Assembly (NCBI GenBank): GCA_964394645.1
Contig: CAYMYC010000005.1
Span: 1-63,113, forward strand
Direction of reading: 5' to 3'
Source of the DNA: an uncultured Gammaproteobacteria bacterium
GTDB taxonomy: Bacteria; Patescibacteriota; Microgenomatia; Levybacterales; GWA1-39-11
Length of the DNA stretch: 63,113 nucleotides
Positions 39,374 through 49,061 of this stretch are shown here, one piece after another. Under the pieces are notes generated by a model. It saw only the letters and a program-made list of their open reading frames with translations, made no database searches and was not told where the DNA came from. How positions within the stretch are numbered: position 1 is the stretch's first letter; every line of letters starts with the position of its first letter. A program made the position numbers and the translations under genes.

Positions 39374-40189
39374 TTATTCTTTTGATTTCTTAGTGGTTTT
39401 TTTAACTTTTACTTCTTTTTCAGAATCTTCTACTGCTATCTCTTCTTTTTTCTTTTCCTCACTTAACTCATCTGCGTGCTTCTTTGCTGCATTCTTCTTC
39501 CCCTCTATCCACGCGTCCATAATATAGCTTGTGATAAGTTTTATTGAGCCCACAGCATCATCATTTGCAGGAATTGGGTAATCTATTACGGATGGGTCAG
39601 CATTTGTATCAACTATTCCCACAATCTCTGAATCCATTCTCCTGGCCTCGTTCACTGCTATCCCTTCCGATTGAGTACCCACAATAAACAATGCGTCAGG
39701 AATGTCAGTCATTTCAGAAATTCCACCATAAAAATCTGATAGTTTTTGACGTTCACGCTCAAAAAGTACCTGTTCGCGCTTAGTATATGCATCTTTCTTA
39801 CTTGTTGAAAGTAACTCCTCAAGATTTTTCAGTTTTTTAATATTCTTTGCAACTTCAGTAAAGTTAGTAAGTGTTCCACCAACCCATCTTGCGGTTATTG
39901 TATACAATTTACCAGGAGCTTCTTTCCTAGCTCTTTCAACTTCCTCTTTAACAATTTGTTTTGCTTGTCGTTTTGTTCCAACAATAATTAATGACCCATC
40001 ACGAGCCGATAATTCTTTTATATATTTTGCTGCTGCAAGGAGTCCTTCACGAGTCTTCTCAAGGTTTATAATATGCACATTTGAACGGGCTTCAAATATA
40101 TATTCGTCTGCTTTTGGATTGCGGCGATTTACTTGGTGACCAAAATGGCAACCTGCTGTAAGTAATTCTTCAAGGGTTATATCTTTCAT
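39374..40189 (-). CDS. rpsB: 30S ribosomal protein S2
   Basis: LLTAGCHFGH, RWVGGTLTN, IVDTNADP, IPANDD. Confidence 0.97.
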   Translation of the reverse strand: MKDITLEELLTAGCHFGHQVNRRNPKADEYIFEARSNVHIINLEKTREGLLAAAKYIKELSARDGSLIIVGTKRQAKQIVKEEVERARKEAPGKLYTITARWVGGTLTNFTEVAKNIKKLKNLEELLSTSKKDAYTKREQVLFERERQKLSDFYGGISEMTDIPDALFIVGTQSEGIAVNEARRMDSEIVGIVDTNADPSVIDYPIPANDDAVGSIKLITSYIMDAWIEGKKNAAKKHADELSEEKKKEEIAVEDSEKEVKVKKTTKKSKE

Positions 40190-40194
40190 AGTTC

Positions 40195-40305
40195 TTTTTA
40201 TCAACCATGCTTATTCTGAGATGGTTGATCCTCCATTCGGGTCTGAGGATTCCTCAGAACTATATTCATCCCGAATGTGTGAATTTTCGGTTTATTTCCC
40301 GAATA
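40195..40305 (-). promoter_or_regulatory. rpsB 5' leader (candidate S2 autoregulatory RNA)
   Basis: TATAAT at 40310-40315; leader has CACAC, UUCGGG/CCCGAA pairing, a CUGAGG/CCUCAG hairpin and GGAGG. Confidence 0.55.
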
Positions 40306-40402
40306 ATGCATTATAGCAAACAAGCTTACAAATTACAATAATTCCCTTTTTACCTTGAAACTAATTATTGACTAATAAAACTACATATATATACAATAAA
40401 AT

Positions 40403-41443
40403 GTGAAGAAAAAATCCTTTAACCGTAATGCTTCAAAGAAAAAAACATCCCCTACATCATCAAGGCGCAAGACAAAAAAAAGTTTTCTCTTCTGGCAACG
40501 TGGAGAAATTGCACTCTATTTACTGCTTGGAATTATAATTTTTGGAGCTTTTCTTCTGGCTTCTGGTGGTCCTCAATTTAAACTATCTGAATCTGGAGAA
40601 GAGGCGATAGGTGAGCCTATTCGCGAAAACTCAACACAAAAAGATGCTCTACAGTTAAAAACTATAAGATTTGCAGCTTGCAGTAATCGTGCTGCCGTTG
40701 ATTTTCTGGTTGACACATCAGGGTCAATGGAAAAAGGCAACAAAATTCAAATAATTAAATCCGCTCTCATGGACTTTGCAGGCAATTTCACAAATGATTC
40801 TATTACAGGTCTTAGACGTTATAGCTCAAACGATACGGGCACAACGGCAACCTCCAGACCTGTAGGAATTGATTTTTATAAGAATAACAAAACACAATTT
40901 AATACTGCAGTAAGCAGATTGGTCGCAAGCGGTGGTACTAATACTCGCACAGCATTTGCAGCAGAACTTGAGGATTTAACCCAGGCAGTAACCGATCCTA
41001 AATTTAAAGATAACTCATTTAACTTAGTATTTATTTCAGACGGTATTCCAGAAGGAAAAGCTTTTCCACCAAGTAGTGGAGACTGTCAAGAACATGTAAG
41101 CCCTGAATTTCCAGTTTGCGCACCATATAATCAAGACCGTAATGTCTGTAGATGTTTTGACTCGAATCAAGATCCTACGTTTAACCCTCAAATTGCCCAA
41201 CAAATACAAGCACTAAAAAATATAAATGGAAAGAATATTAGAATATTCTCCATCCTTGTATTTGATCCTGCAACAGATGGACCATTTGAAAGTAAACTTA
41301 CTACCATGATGCAGGCTATTGCCTCACCTAATTCATTTTATAAGACAACAAAACCTGAAGATATTAAATCAATTTATGGGCAAATAGCGGACAAAATATG
41401 CGAAGAAACAGGAGGCGGTACAAATATCACTCCCACCCCATGA
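40403..41443 (+). CDS. TM-anchored von Willebrand factor A domain protein
   Basis: MIDAS DTSGS, GGTNT, FISDG; N-terminal RG|EI followed by a hydrophobic helix. Confidence 0.8.
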   Translation: MKKKSFNRNASKKKTSPTSSRRKTKKSFLFWQRGEIALYLLLGIIIFGAFLLASGGPQFKLSESGEEAIGEPIRENSTQKDALQLKTIRFAACSNRAAVDFLVDTSGSMEKGNKIQIIKSALMDFAGNFTNDSITGLRRYSSNDTGTTATSRPVGIDFYKNNKTQFNTAVSRLVASGGTNTRTAFAAELEDLTQAVTDPKFKDNSFNLVFISDGIPEGKAFPPSSGDCQEHVSPEFPVCAPYNQDRNVCRCFDSNQDPTFNPQIAQQIQALKNINGKNIRIFSILVFDPATDGPFESKLTTMMQAIASPNSFYKTTKPEDIKSIYGQIADKICEETGGGTNITPTP

Positions 41444-41949
41444 AGCAATTATTAAAAATCACGAAAGGCGAAGCTGAATTTATTATAATATTTGTAATTA
41501 TTGTAGGAGCTTTCTTACTAATAGGTGGGCAATTTCTGTTTCAAGCAGACAACAATAAGAATAGTAATGCAAATAATACCACCTCTCCAAAGACACCACC
41601 TGCTGACAGCTGGAAAATAGAACTTCCCTCTGACGTACTGTGTGATAACACAAATAATACCTCAAACGTTAGCCTTGCATTTCATGGCACTGCCCCAGGA
41701 TATTACAAAATAGAAGTCAAAAACGGAGAAGTTTTCACGCCTGTTACCTTGAATACTAACACTTACAACAAGTTTGAACCAAATCAGCAAAATATTCAGG
41801 TAAATGATTTAGTTTTGGACAACACTGATGGATTTAATACCAAATCCTGGCGGGCAGTACTTTTTGAAGGAGGAACACTAACAGGAAATGATTTGACGGG
41901 GGGAACCCAAAGAGCAGAAAAGGAGTTTGAAAAAACAAACTGCACCTAA
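41440..41949 (+). CDS. TM-anchored exported protein
   Basis: KG|EA followed by a hydrophobic helix; ATGA overlap with the vWA gene. Confidence 0.6.
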   Translation: MKQLLKITKGEAEFIIIFVIIVGAFLLIGGQFLFQADNNKNSNANNTTSPKTPPADSWKIELPSDVLCDNTNNTSNVSLAFHGTAPGYYKIEVKNGEVFTPVTLNTNTYNKFEPNQQNIQVNDLVLDNTDGFNTKSWRAVLFEGGTLTGNDLTGGTQRAEKEFEKTNCT

Positions 41950-42027
41950 AATCTGTTGACTTATGCACTACACATGGTAATGTAATAATATGTTGTCTTA
42001 TAAGATTTATTTGAGTATTGTAAAAAA

Positions 42028-42231
42028 ATGAAAAAACTCTACTTAACATTTACTAATATACCTACCGCTCATGGAAAATTTATACCTAGATTAGTTTTTA
42101 AATATATTTTCTCAAAATCTACAAATAGGTCTTACGGCTTCCTGTCTCTGGTTACTCTTATTATTATTGCTACGGCAATTCTTGTTCCACTTGGAAGACT
42201 TCCTTTTCAAAAAAAATTTCTGAAGATTTAA
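42028..42231 (+). pseudogene. N-terminal (TM/signal) fragment of the downstream metallopeptidase, out of frame at an A8 tract
   Basis: Adding one A to 42209-42216 fuses it to the open frame leading into 42351. Confidence 0.6.
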
Positions 42232-42350
42232 ATCAAACTAAAAGTACTGCTTCTCGCATAGCAGACACAAGTTTTTCTATTCAACCAATAGTTTTTTTCC
42301 CAAATGACTACCCAATAGATGGTGCTGTAATCAACCATTTCGATCAAAAA

Positions 42351-44177
42351 ATGAACGAAATACGCGCGTACTATGGCAAACAATTAGATGGGAAGACATT
42401 TGCCTTGCAGCCTGTAAAAACAGTTATTGGAACAAATAAGGCAACTTGGTACTGGTGTAATGATGGAGAAACAGGATGTTCTCAGAAAGATAGTTTTAAC
42501 AATATCATAAATGAACTAGGACGACCTCAATTTGGAATAATTAATGTTGTTGTATTTATGGGAGGAGGAGGAATAGCGGGTGGAAATAATGAGTTGGCTA
42601 CAGCTGTTATTGGCGATGTCTCTATTTATCCAGAGTTAGATAAAAACTGCAGTAGGGTAAAAAAATACTATTACAAGGATGATCCTATTAATTCACTTGA
42701 TAGGTGCACTAATGAAAGTATGCCTTCAACTAGACAAGGAACTGGGGCCATTGCACATGAACTCGGACACGCCTTTGGACTTTCACATCCGGATGCTGTA
42801 GGATATCCCGTCAACTCCCCAGAATATAAAAATTCCATAATGGGTAATCAGGGTATTTTCCCGGAAGGGACTTTTAACCTGAGAGAAAAAAGTATACTTA
42901 AAAAAAGTGCATATTTTGAAGGAGAAGGTAATAATTTTCAACAAAATCCAGGCACCGGTAAATCCTTTACTAAAGTCATCTGTAAAGAAGGACAAGGGGT
43001 TAATACAGAGGCTTACCCCAACGGATATTTTGCACCCATATGCATGACAACACCACCTACAAATGAGAATTACAGCATGGGTCAATTTGTAGATCGAAAA
43101 GCAAAATCAAACCCAAATCCGTATGCAAATGGAAAGTATTACGATGTATATCTATGCGTAAAACAAAACACATATGAGTTTGTTCCTAAAGACGGCATTA
43201 AGGATGTATGCAGTAAATATCCCTGGGTACAAGACAGTTCAAATACCCTTCCTCAACCTCCTGCGGGGAAAACATGTAAAGACCCTACTCCTTATTGGGA
43301 TGGGGATAAGTGCACGTTCCGTCCGGATGCATGCAACAATATAGGTCCGTCTGCAAAAGTGAATACCTGTCAGGCTAGCAAATGTGGTTCCGGATTTAGT
43401 CCTGATACAAATGCTACGCAAGAGGAGGCAAATTTAGCATGCGCAAACGCGTATGGCAGTTCTCGTTCTGTTTGCTGCCTTGAAAATACAGGGAATAATA
43501 GTCCTCCTAAAAATGGAGACACAAAAAGAGAAAACCCTTCTACGGATACAGGAGATAAAAAAAACAATATTGACCAAACAGGTCAATCCTGCACAAATCA
43601 GGGAAGCTCTTGCGGTGGAAGCTCTGATAACGCATGCTACCCCGGATGGAAAGATGCAAATAATTCCTCAAATCAAACATACTGTTGTAGATTTACCGAA
43701 CGGTATTGCGAGGCACAAGGAAAGTGTATGGCTAGTAAATCTAATTGCGTTGCACCCTCATCTGGTGGAGGAGGAAATAATACGGGAGGCTCAGGAAGAG
43801 AAAACGATCACTGCTATAATGGGCATAGCGACTGTGCTCCTGAATTTAAGTGTACAAGCAGTACGGGAACTGCAACATCATATTGTGTATACAAAGACCC
43901 TTCAGAGTCTGGCGCGTACTGTAACTCTGGCACATACCACTGCGAGTCAGGAAACACATGCAAATCAGGAAACCCTGCGTCTCCTTTAGGACATAATTAC
44001 TCCTGTCAAAAATCAGGAAAAGGCAACATCTGCTGCACTGGTACGACAAGTAATACCGCGTCTACCGATTCTGAAGTAAGTGTCATGAGTTGCACTAGAA
44101 ATAGTCAATGCATACAGACAAAAATAGGTACCGCTTGTGTGTTTACAAATAATCCTGGTGTAGGAATGTGCAGATGA
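42351..44177 (+). CDS. metzincin-type zinc metallopeptidase with Cys-rich repeats
   Basis: HELGHAFGLSH, Met-turn SIMG, multiple Cys-rich modules. Confidence 0.8.
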   Translation: MNEIRAYYGKQLDGKTFALQPVKTVIGTNKATWYWCNDGETGCSQKDSFNNIINELGRPQFGIINVVVFMGGGGIAGGNNELATAVIGDVSIYPELDKNCSRVKKYYYKDDPINSLDRCTNESMPSTRQGTGAIAHELGHAFGLSHPDAVGYPVNSPEYKNSIMGNQGIFPEGTFNLREKSILKKSAYFEGEGNNFQQNPGTGKSFTKVICKEGQGVNTEAYPNGYFAPICMTTPPTNENYSMGQFVDRKAKSNPNPYANGKYYDVYLCVKQNTYEFVPKDGIKDVCSKYPWVQDSSNTLPQPPAGKTCKDPTPYWDGDKCTFRPDACNNIGPSAKVNTCQASKCGSGFSPDTNATQEEANLACANAYGSSRSVCCLENTGNNSPPKNGDTKRENPSTDTGDKKNNIDQTGQSCTNQGSSCGGSSDNACYPGWKDANNSSNQTYCCRFTERYCEAQGKCMASKSNCVAPSSGGGGNNTGGSGRENDHCYNGHSDCAPEFKCTSSTGTATSYCVYKDPSESGAYCNSGTYHCESGNTCKSGNPASPLGHNYSCQKSGKGNICCTGTTSNTASTDSEVSVMSCTRNSQCIQTKIGTACVFTNNPGVGMCR

Positions 44178-44192
44178 TATAAGATATAAAAT

Positions 44193-44789
44193 ATGACTAA
44201 AGTATTTAAGAAAAAATGGGTGCTTATTTTCTTTGGAGTATTTGTAATTCTTGTTATTCTTCCTTCTTTTCTTCTTCTCCTTAATAAAAACGCAACTCCT
44301 GATTTTGTTTCTCAAAATGTATTACCTACTCCCACTACCAAACTAGAAAACCCTACCATGATGGTTTCATTTTCACCTAATATTATCAGCGCAAAACAAC
44401 AATCCACGTTCAGCTCAGACATAACACTTGATACCTATGGTGTCCCTGTTTCGAAAATAAAAATTGATCTGTCATACGATCCACTTCAAATAACTACTGT
44501 TAAAATTATGTCAGTAAATGATCCCTCATCAGCCCTGTCCTATGCACTTAATCTTACTGCAGGAGTTAAACAGAGCAATCAGAAACAGGGAACAATTAGT
44601 CAATTGTATATTATTCCAACGACAATACCATATCCAAAAGGAAAAGGAGTAATTGCAAAAGTAACAGGTAAACTTACTCCCGGAACAACTTCCGCTATAA
44701 TAAAGATAGATCAAACATCCTTTGCATCTTCACCACAAACCAAAAATGTAGTCCTGGGAAAAGTGAATCTGGAAATTAATACAAAGTAA
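44193..44789 (+). CDS. TM-anchored cohesin-like domain protein
   Basis: VSFSP, DITLDT, IDLSYDP, G.G.IAKV. Confidence 0.55.
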   Translation: MTKVFKKKWVLIFFGVFVILVILPSFLLLLNKNATPDFVSQNVLPTPTTKLENPTMMVSFSPNIISAKQQSTFSSDITLDTYGVPVSKIKIDLSYDPLQITTVKIMSVNDPSSALSYALNLTAGVKQSNQKQGTISQLYIIPTTIPYPKGKGVIAKVTGKLTPGTTSAIIKIDQTSFASSPQTKNVVLGKVNLEINTK

Positions 44790-45791
44790 ATGAAAAGGAA
44801 AAAAAACTTCAATCAAAAAGCGCATAGAATATCATTTATTAAAATAGGAGTTTTGCTTCTTATAATATGCGTAGTTTTTGCAGCAATACTAGTTTCAAAA
44901 ACTCCTAAAGATTCAAAAATTGCATCAAATACCTCACGCGCAAATATACAAATAGATGCCTTCAACCCTAAGCTTACACAAACCACTGCTCCTACAATCA
45001 CTGAATCAAGACCTACTCCTGGCAATATACCTCTCTGCCCTATTGACTCGGCAAAACCAATTACTCTCCCATGTGTATGCAAAGGGCACCAGGGCATATT
45101 CACATGTCAAAACAGGAAATGTGTAGTCAAGAACCCCTTTGACACACAAGCCTTGGCTGATTTTTGCAATCAATATATCCTCTGCGAAACTTCTCTAGAT
45201 CATGGAGACGGAACATACTGCGTAGGAAAACCCGTTATATATCTATATCCAACTACTGACACATATGTGGATGTAACTATTAAAACACAAGGAAAAATTG
45301 TTATAAGCGATCCTCTTTATCCATCTGATGGATGGAAAAATGTACTGGCTCATCCTAACGGAAAACTTGAATATATGGGGAAAACATACAAAGAATTATT
45401 TTATGAAATTGAATCAGGAAAAGTTAGCCGCCCTAAAAAAGGAATCGTGCTTTCAAAAAACAATTTAAGTAATAACTTAAGAGAAAAAATCATATTATTA
45501 GGTCTTACAAAAAAAGATGAACAGGATGAATTTTTGGAGTTTTGGATTCCACGACTAATAAAAATTGATACCCCCTACATCTTCTTTTCTGTTTTGGAAG
45601 AAGAAGAAAAGGAACGTTTGGATAGCGTTTTGATAACACCTAAACCTGATACCTTTATAGAGTTTATCGCTTATTTTGCCCCCCTCACAAACCTAGAAAG
45701 CATTACACCACTCACCATCACTCCTGCACCTAAAAGAAATGGGTTCACAGCAGTTGAATGGGGAGGAGTAATAGGAGATGAATTACCCTAA
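44790..45791 (+). CDS. exported protein with Cys-rich segment and C-terminal KPVIYLYP domain
   Basis: KPVIYLYP, LFYE, AVEWGG. Confidence 0.65.
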   Translation: MKRKKNFNQKAHRISFIKIGVLLLIICVVFAAILVSKTPKDSKIASNTSRANIQIDAFNPKLTQTTAPTITESRPTPGNIPLCPIDSAKPITLPCVCKGHQGIFTCQNRKCVVKNPFDTQALADFCNQYILCETSLDHGDGTYCVGKPVIYLYPTTDTYVDVTIKTQGKIVISDPLYPSDGWKNVLAHPNGKLEYMGKTYKELFYEIESGKVSRPKKGIVLSKNNLSNNLREKIILLGLTKKDEQDEFLEFWIPRLIKIDTPYIFFSVLEEEEKERLDSVLITPKPDTFIEFIAYFAPLTNLESITPLTITPAPKRNGFTAVEWGGVIGDELP

Positions 45792-46369
45792 AGAAATTTG
45801 ATGGTTGAGGAAACATTCCTGAATTCTTCGTCTAATAGTTCTTTCCTTTCCTCAGAGACATACGACATTTGTATTTTATAGGCATATCCATTATGACTTA
45901 GAAGAATTACATTTTGTTGTATTACCCCCTGCAATGATGGAATTGCTCCCGTAAAGTAAGTTGCCCGAATTCTATTCTGACCTAAGATAATATCTTTTTG
46001 CGATAGTTTAGAGTCACTAAAATACTCCTTTAGAGAAGGTAGCCCCACCTTATCTACAGGGTATTTTTCCACAATAAACGACCCCTTATTCTTCTCAAGC
46101 TCCTCAGAATTTAAAGTAAGCACTACACCTTCACCACCTGATAGTAATTGCTCTGAAGCGATGAAAGACTTGGGAAAAGAGATAGAAAATTGCGCTAAAT
46201 TAGTAGATTCAAAATTACTTTTATCCAAATTGTTACTACTTAACTCTGTCAAGGATCCTACAGATGTCTCATTTTTTTGTAACCTTGAATCTCTCACTAG
46301 AAAAAAAGCAACTACTCCCGAAAGAATTAATATACCAATAACGATTATTAATATTTTCTTCTGGCTCAT
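45788..46369 (-). CDS. TM-anchored PsbP-like exported protein
   Basis: FSISFPK and F..VSSTIKF terminus. Confidence 0.5.
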   Translation of the reverse strand: MSQKKILIIVIGILILSGVVAFFLVRDSRLQKNETSVGSLTELSSNNLDKSNFESTNLAQFSISFPKSFIASEQLLSGGEGVVLTLNSEELEKNKGSFIVEKYPVDKVGLPSLKEYFSDSKLSQKDIILGQNRIRATYFTGAIPSLQGVIQQNVILLSHNGYAYKIQMSYVSEERKELLDEEFRNVSSTIKFL

Positions 46370-46449
46370 ATACTTACAGTATTTCAAAGCTTTATCCCTC
46401 TGTCAAATACGAGTTGTTTGTAAAGGTTTTTTTTAGTATATTGAACAGT

Positions 46450-47769
46450 ATGAATCTAAAGCAACAAGATCCTGAAATTTTTAAACTTATAAAGGCTGAG
46501 GAGAAACGTCAGAAAGAAGTTTTAGAGATGGTTCCCTCAGAAAACTATACTTCCACCGCTGTTTTAGAAACGCTTGGAACAGTACTGAATAACAAATATT
46601 CTGAAGGTTATCCTAAAAAAAGATACTATCAGGGAAACGCAGTTGTAGACAGTGTTGAACAGCTAGCGATTGATAGAGCAAAAAAACTGTTTGGTGTACC
46701 CTATGTCAACGTTCAAGCCCTTTCAGGAAGTGTCATGAATTTAGCTGTATACTTTGCAATTCTTGAACCTATGAAAGGGAAAATAATGGGTCTATCACTT
46801 GCATTTGGTGGACACTTAACACATGGCGCTCCGCTAACTGCATCAAGTAAATTTTTTAAGTCTGTACAGTATGAATTAGATAAAGACGGAAAACTTGATT
46901 ACGCAGCTATTGAAAAAAGGGCAATTGCTGAAAAACCGGATGTTATAGTATGCGGATTTACCGCATATCCCCGAGTTATCGATTTTGAAAAATTTGCAAA
47001 AATTGCAAAAAAAGTAAACGCATATTTGCTCGCGGATATTTCACATATTGCAGGGCTTGTTGTGGGGGGAACACACCCATCTCCTGCTCCTTACGCAGAT
47101 ATTATCACAACTACAACTCACAAAACGTTAAGAGGACCAAGGGGTGCGCTTATCATGGTAACTGAAAAAGGGCTTAAAAAAGATCCAGATTTGGGTTCAA
47201 AAATTGATAAAGCAATAATCCCTGGACTTCAAGGCGGACCACATGATAACCAAACAGCAGCCATTGCAGTAGCTTTAGAGGAAGCAAGCAAACCGGCATT
47301 TAAAAAATACGCAGACCAGATTGTTAAAAACTCTCAAGCCCTTGCAGCAGAACTTACTAAGTATGGGTTTAATTTAGTAAGTGGTGGGTCAGATAACCAC
47401 TTAATACTCATTGATTTGAGAAACAAAAAAGTTAGTGGAAATGTGGCAGCATTAGCTTTAGAACAGGCAGGTATAGTTTTAAATAAAAACGGTGTTCCAT
47501 TTGATACTAACCCACCTTTTTACCCTTCCGGAATTAGAATGGGAACTCCTGCCATAACCACACGCGGACTCAAAGAGCGGGATATGAAAAAAGTTGCGAA
47601 ATGGATAAATGAAGCAATAAATGAAGTATTAGGACAAGAAGTACCAAAAGAGAAAGAGAAAAGGTCTGAATGGTGGAAAGAGAAAAGACGCGAAATAATG
47701 AATAATAACAATTTACAAAAAATAGGACTTGAGGTTAAAGAATTCGTAATAAAATTCCCCCTCCCTTAA
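46450..47769 (+). CDS. glyA: serine hydroxymethyltransferase
   Basis: SENY, NKYSEGYP, TTTHKTLRGPRG, SGIRMGT. Confidence 0.97.
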   Translation: MNLKQQDPEIFKLIKAEEKRQKEVLEMVPSENYTSTAVLETLGTVLNNKYSEGYPKKRYYQGNAVVDSVEQLAIDRAKKLFGVPYVNVQALSGSVMNLAVYFAILEPMKGKIMGLSLAFGGHLTHGAPLTASSKFFKSVQYELDKDGKLDYAAIEKRAIAEKPDVIVCGFTAYPRVIDFEKFAKIAKKVNAYLLADISHIAGLVVGGTHPSPAPYADIITTTTHKTLRGPRGALIMVTEKGLKKDPDLGSKIDKAIIPGLQGGPHDNQTAAIAVALEEASKPAFKKYADQIVKNSQALAAELTKYGFNLVSGGSDNHLILIDLRNKKVSGNVAALALEQAGIVLNKNGVPFDTNPPFYPSGIRMGTPAITTRGLKERDMKKVAKWINEAINEVLGQEVPKEKEKRSEWWKEKRREIMNNNNLQKIGLEVKEFVIKFPLP

Positions 47770-47776
47770 TTCTAGA

Positions 47777-49018
47777 TTAAGCTCGAGCAACAATTGTCAT
47801 CCATTCTGAGGAAACTGAATCGAAAGGTTTTACTAGGGACATTTGACCATACTGCCCATCTTCCTCACCCTTATTCCCGCTAATTGAAATGTCTGTAAAA
47901 CCAGCAGTTTTCAAAATGGGAAGAACTTCTTTGTTTTTTATATAGTTTATATCAATTGAGTTTATTCCTTTATAAGCCCATATTTTCCCATCAGAAGTAA
48001 GACTTACTATATGCTGGGTTAGTGTTTTTTCGTTTTTTTTGTCAAAAAACTCTACATACAGCTCTTCTTTTTCTTTCGGAGATTTCGCCTTTTTAATTTT
48101 TGAATATAAAAATCTGTGCTTTTGCTCTATTACTCTTTCAAGGTTTAGGAGCTGTAAAACCAAGACTCCATCTTTCTTAATAACACTCCTTACCTGCTTT
48201 AAGACATCGACCGAATTCTTTGAGAGATAGGGAAATACACCACCTATACAAATCGCCCCATCAAATGATCCTTTTGTAAATTTTTTGTCTAAATTCTTAA
48301 ATTCTTTATCGCATAACTCAAAATTAACTTTCTTCTTAATGTTATCTGGCAATTTTGAAGCTTTTGATTTAGAAAAATTAATCAATTGAGGAGTATCATC
48401 TATACCAGTTACCATCATTCCCTCTTTCGCAAGCCCTATTGAGTACTGACCAGTCCAACTACCAACGTCCAAAACATGATTTACGTCATGTCTCTTGAAT
48501 ATTCTGAATAACGTGGGGAATTCGAAATCAAACCTCTTCTCCCAATCAATCATATGATCATAATTTGTTGCAATAAATGATTTAAACTCACTCTCTTCAA
48601 GACTAGGCATTTCTTTCTCGATTACATACCTAAAGACATCTCCTCTACCAAGAATCCCAACAAGCATACCTCTTTCATCTACAACAGGGAGCTGAAAAAA
48701 ATTGTGTTTATACAATAGCGTCTGAGCATCAACAATTGAATCATCTGGGCGAATAGTAACTGCATCTTTAACCATATAATCTTTTACCTTCTTATCAAGG
48801 ATGTCATTCAGCATATTCTTTCCATTCAGCTTTTTACTGTGAATATTGTAAATTTTATAAAAGATATCTTCTTCTGCAATAAATCCGATAACTTTTCCGT
48901 TCTTTACGACTGGAAAACCTGGTCTATTGGTAGTAAAAATGAGGCGAGTAAGTTTCTTAATCGAAAAGTCCTCTTCAACCCAAAGAGGAGATGTAGTCAT
49001 AACATCCTTTACCTTCAT
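47777..49018 (-). CDS. CBS-pair + class I SAM methyltransferase fusion
   Basis: Two CBS repeats followed by VLDVGSWTG. Confidence 0.8.
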   Translation of the reverse strand: MKVKDVMTTSPLWVEEDFSIKKLTRLIFTTNRPGFPVVKNGKVIGFIAEEDIFYKIYNIHSKKLNGKNMLNDILDKKVKDYMVKDAVTIRPDDSIVDAQTLLYKHNFFQLPVVDERGMLVGILGRGDVFRYVIEKEMPSLEESEFKSFIATNYDHMIDWEKRFDFEFPTLFRIFKRHDVNHVLDVGSWTGQYSIGLAKEGMMVTGIDDTPQLINFSKSKASKLPDNIKKKVNFELCDKEFKNLDKKFTKGSFDGAICIGGVFPYLSKNSVDVLKQVRSVIKKDGVLVLQLLNLERVIEQKHRFLYSKIKKAKSPKEKEELYVEFFDKKNEKTLTQHIVSLTSDGKIWAYKGINSIDINYIKNKEVLPILKTAGFTDISISGNKGEEDGQYGQMSLVKPFDSVSSEWMTIVARA

Positions 49019-49061
49019 GTGGCTATTGTATCATAAACAATTCTTGATTCCTATTCCAATT

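Noticed and set aside
36217-40204. Absence of pyrH between tsf and frr
   Set aside because: Ordinary operon reshuffling or gene loss in reduced genomes; nothing can be concluded from one window.
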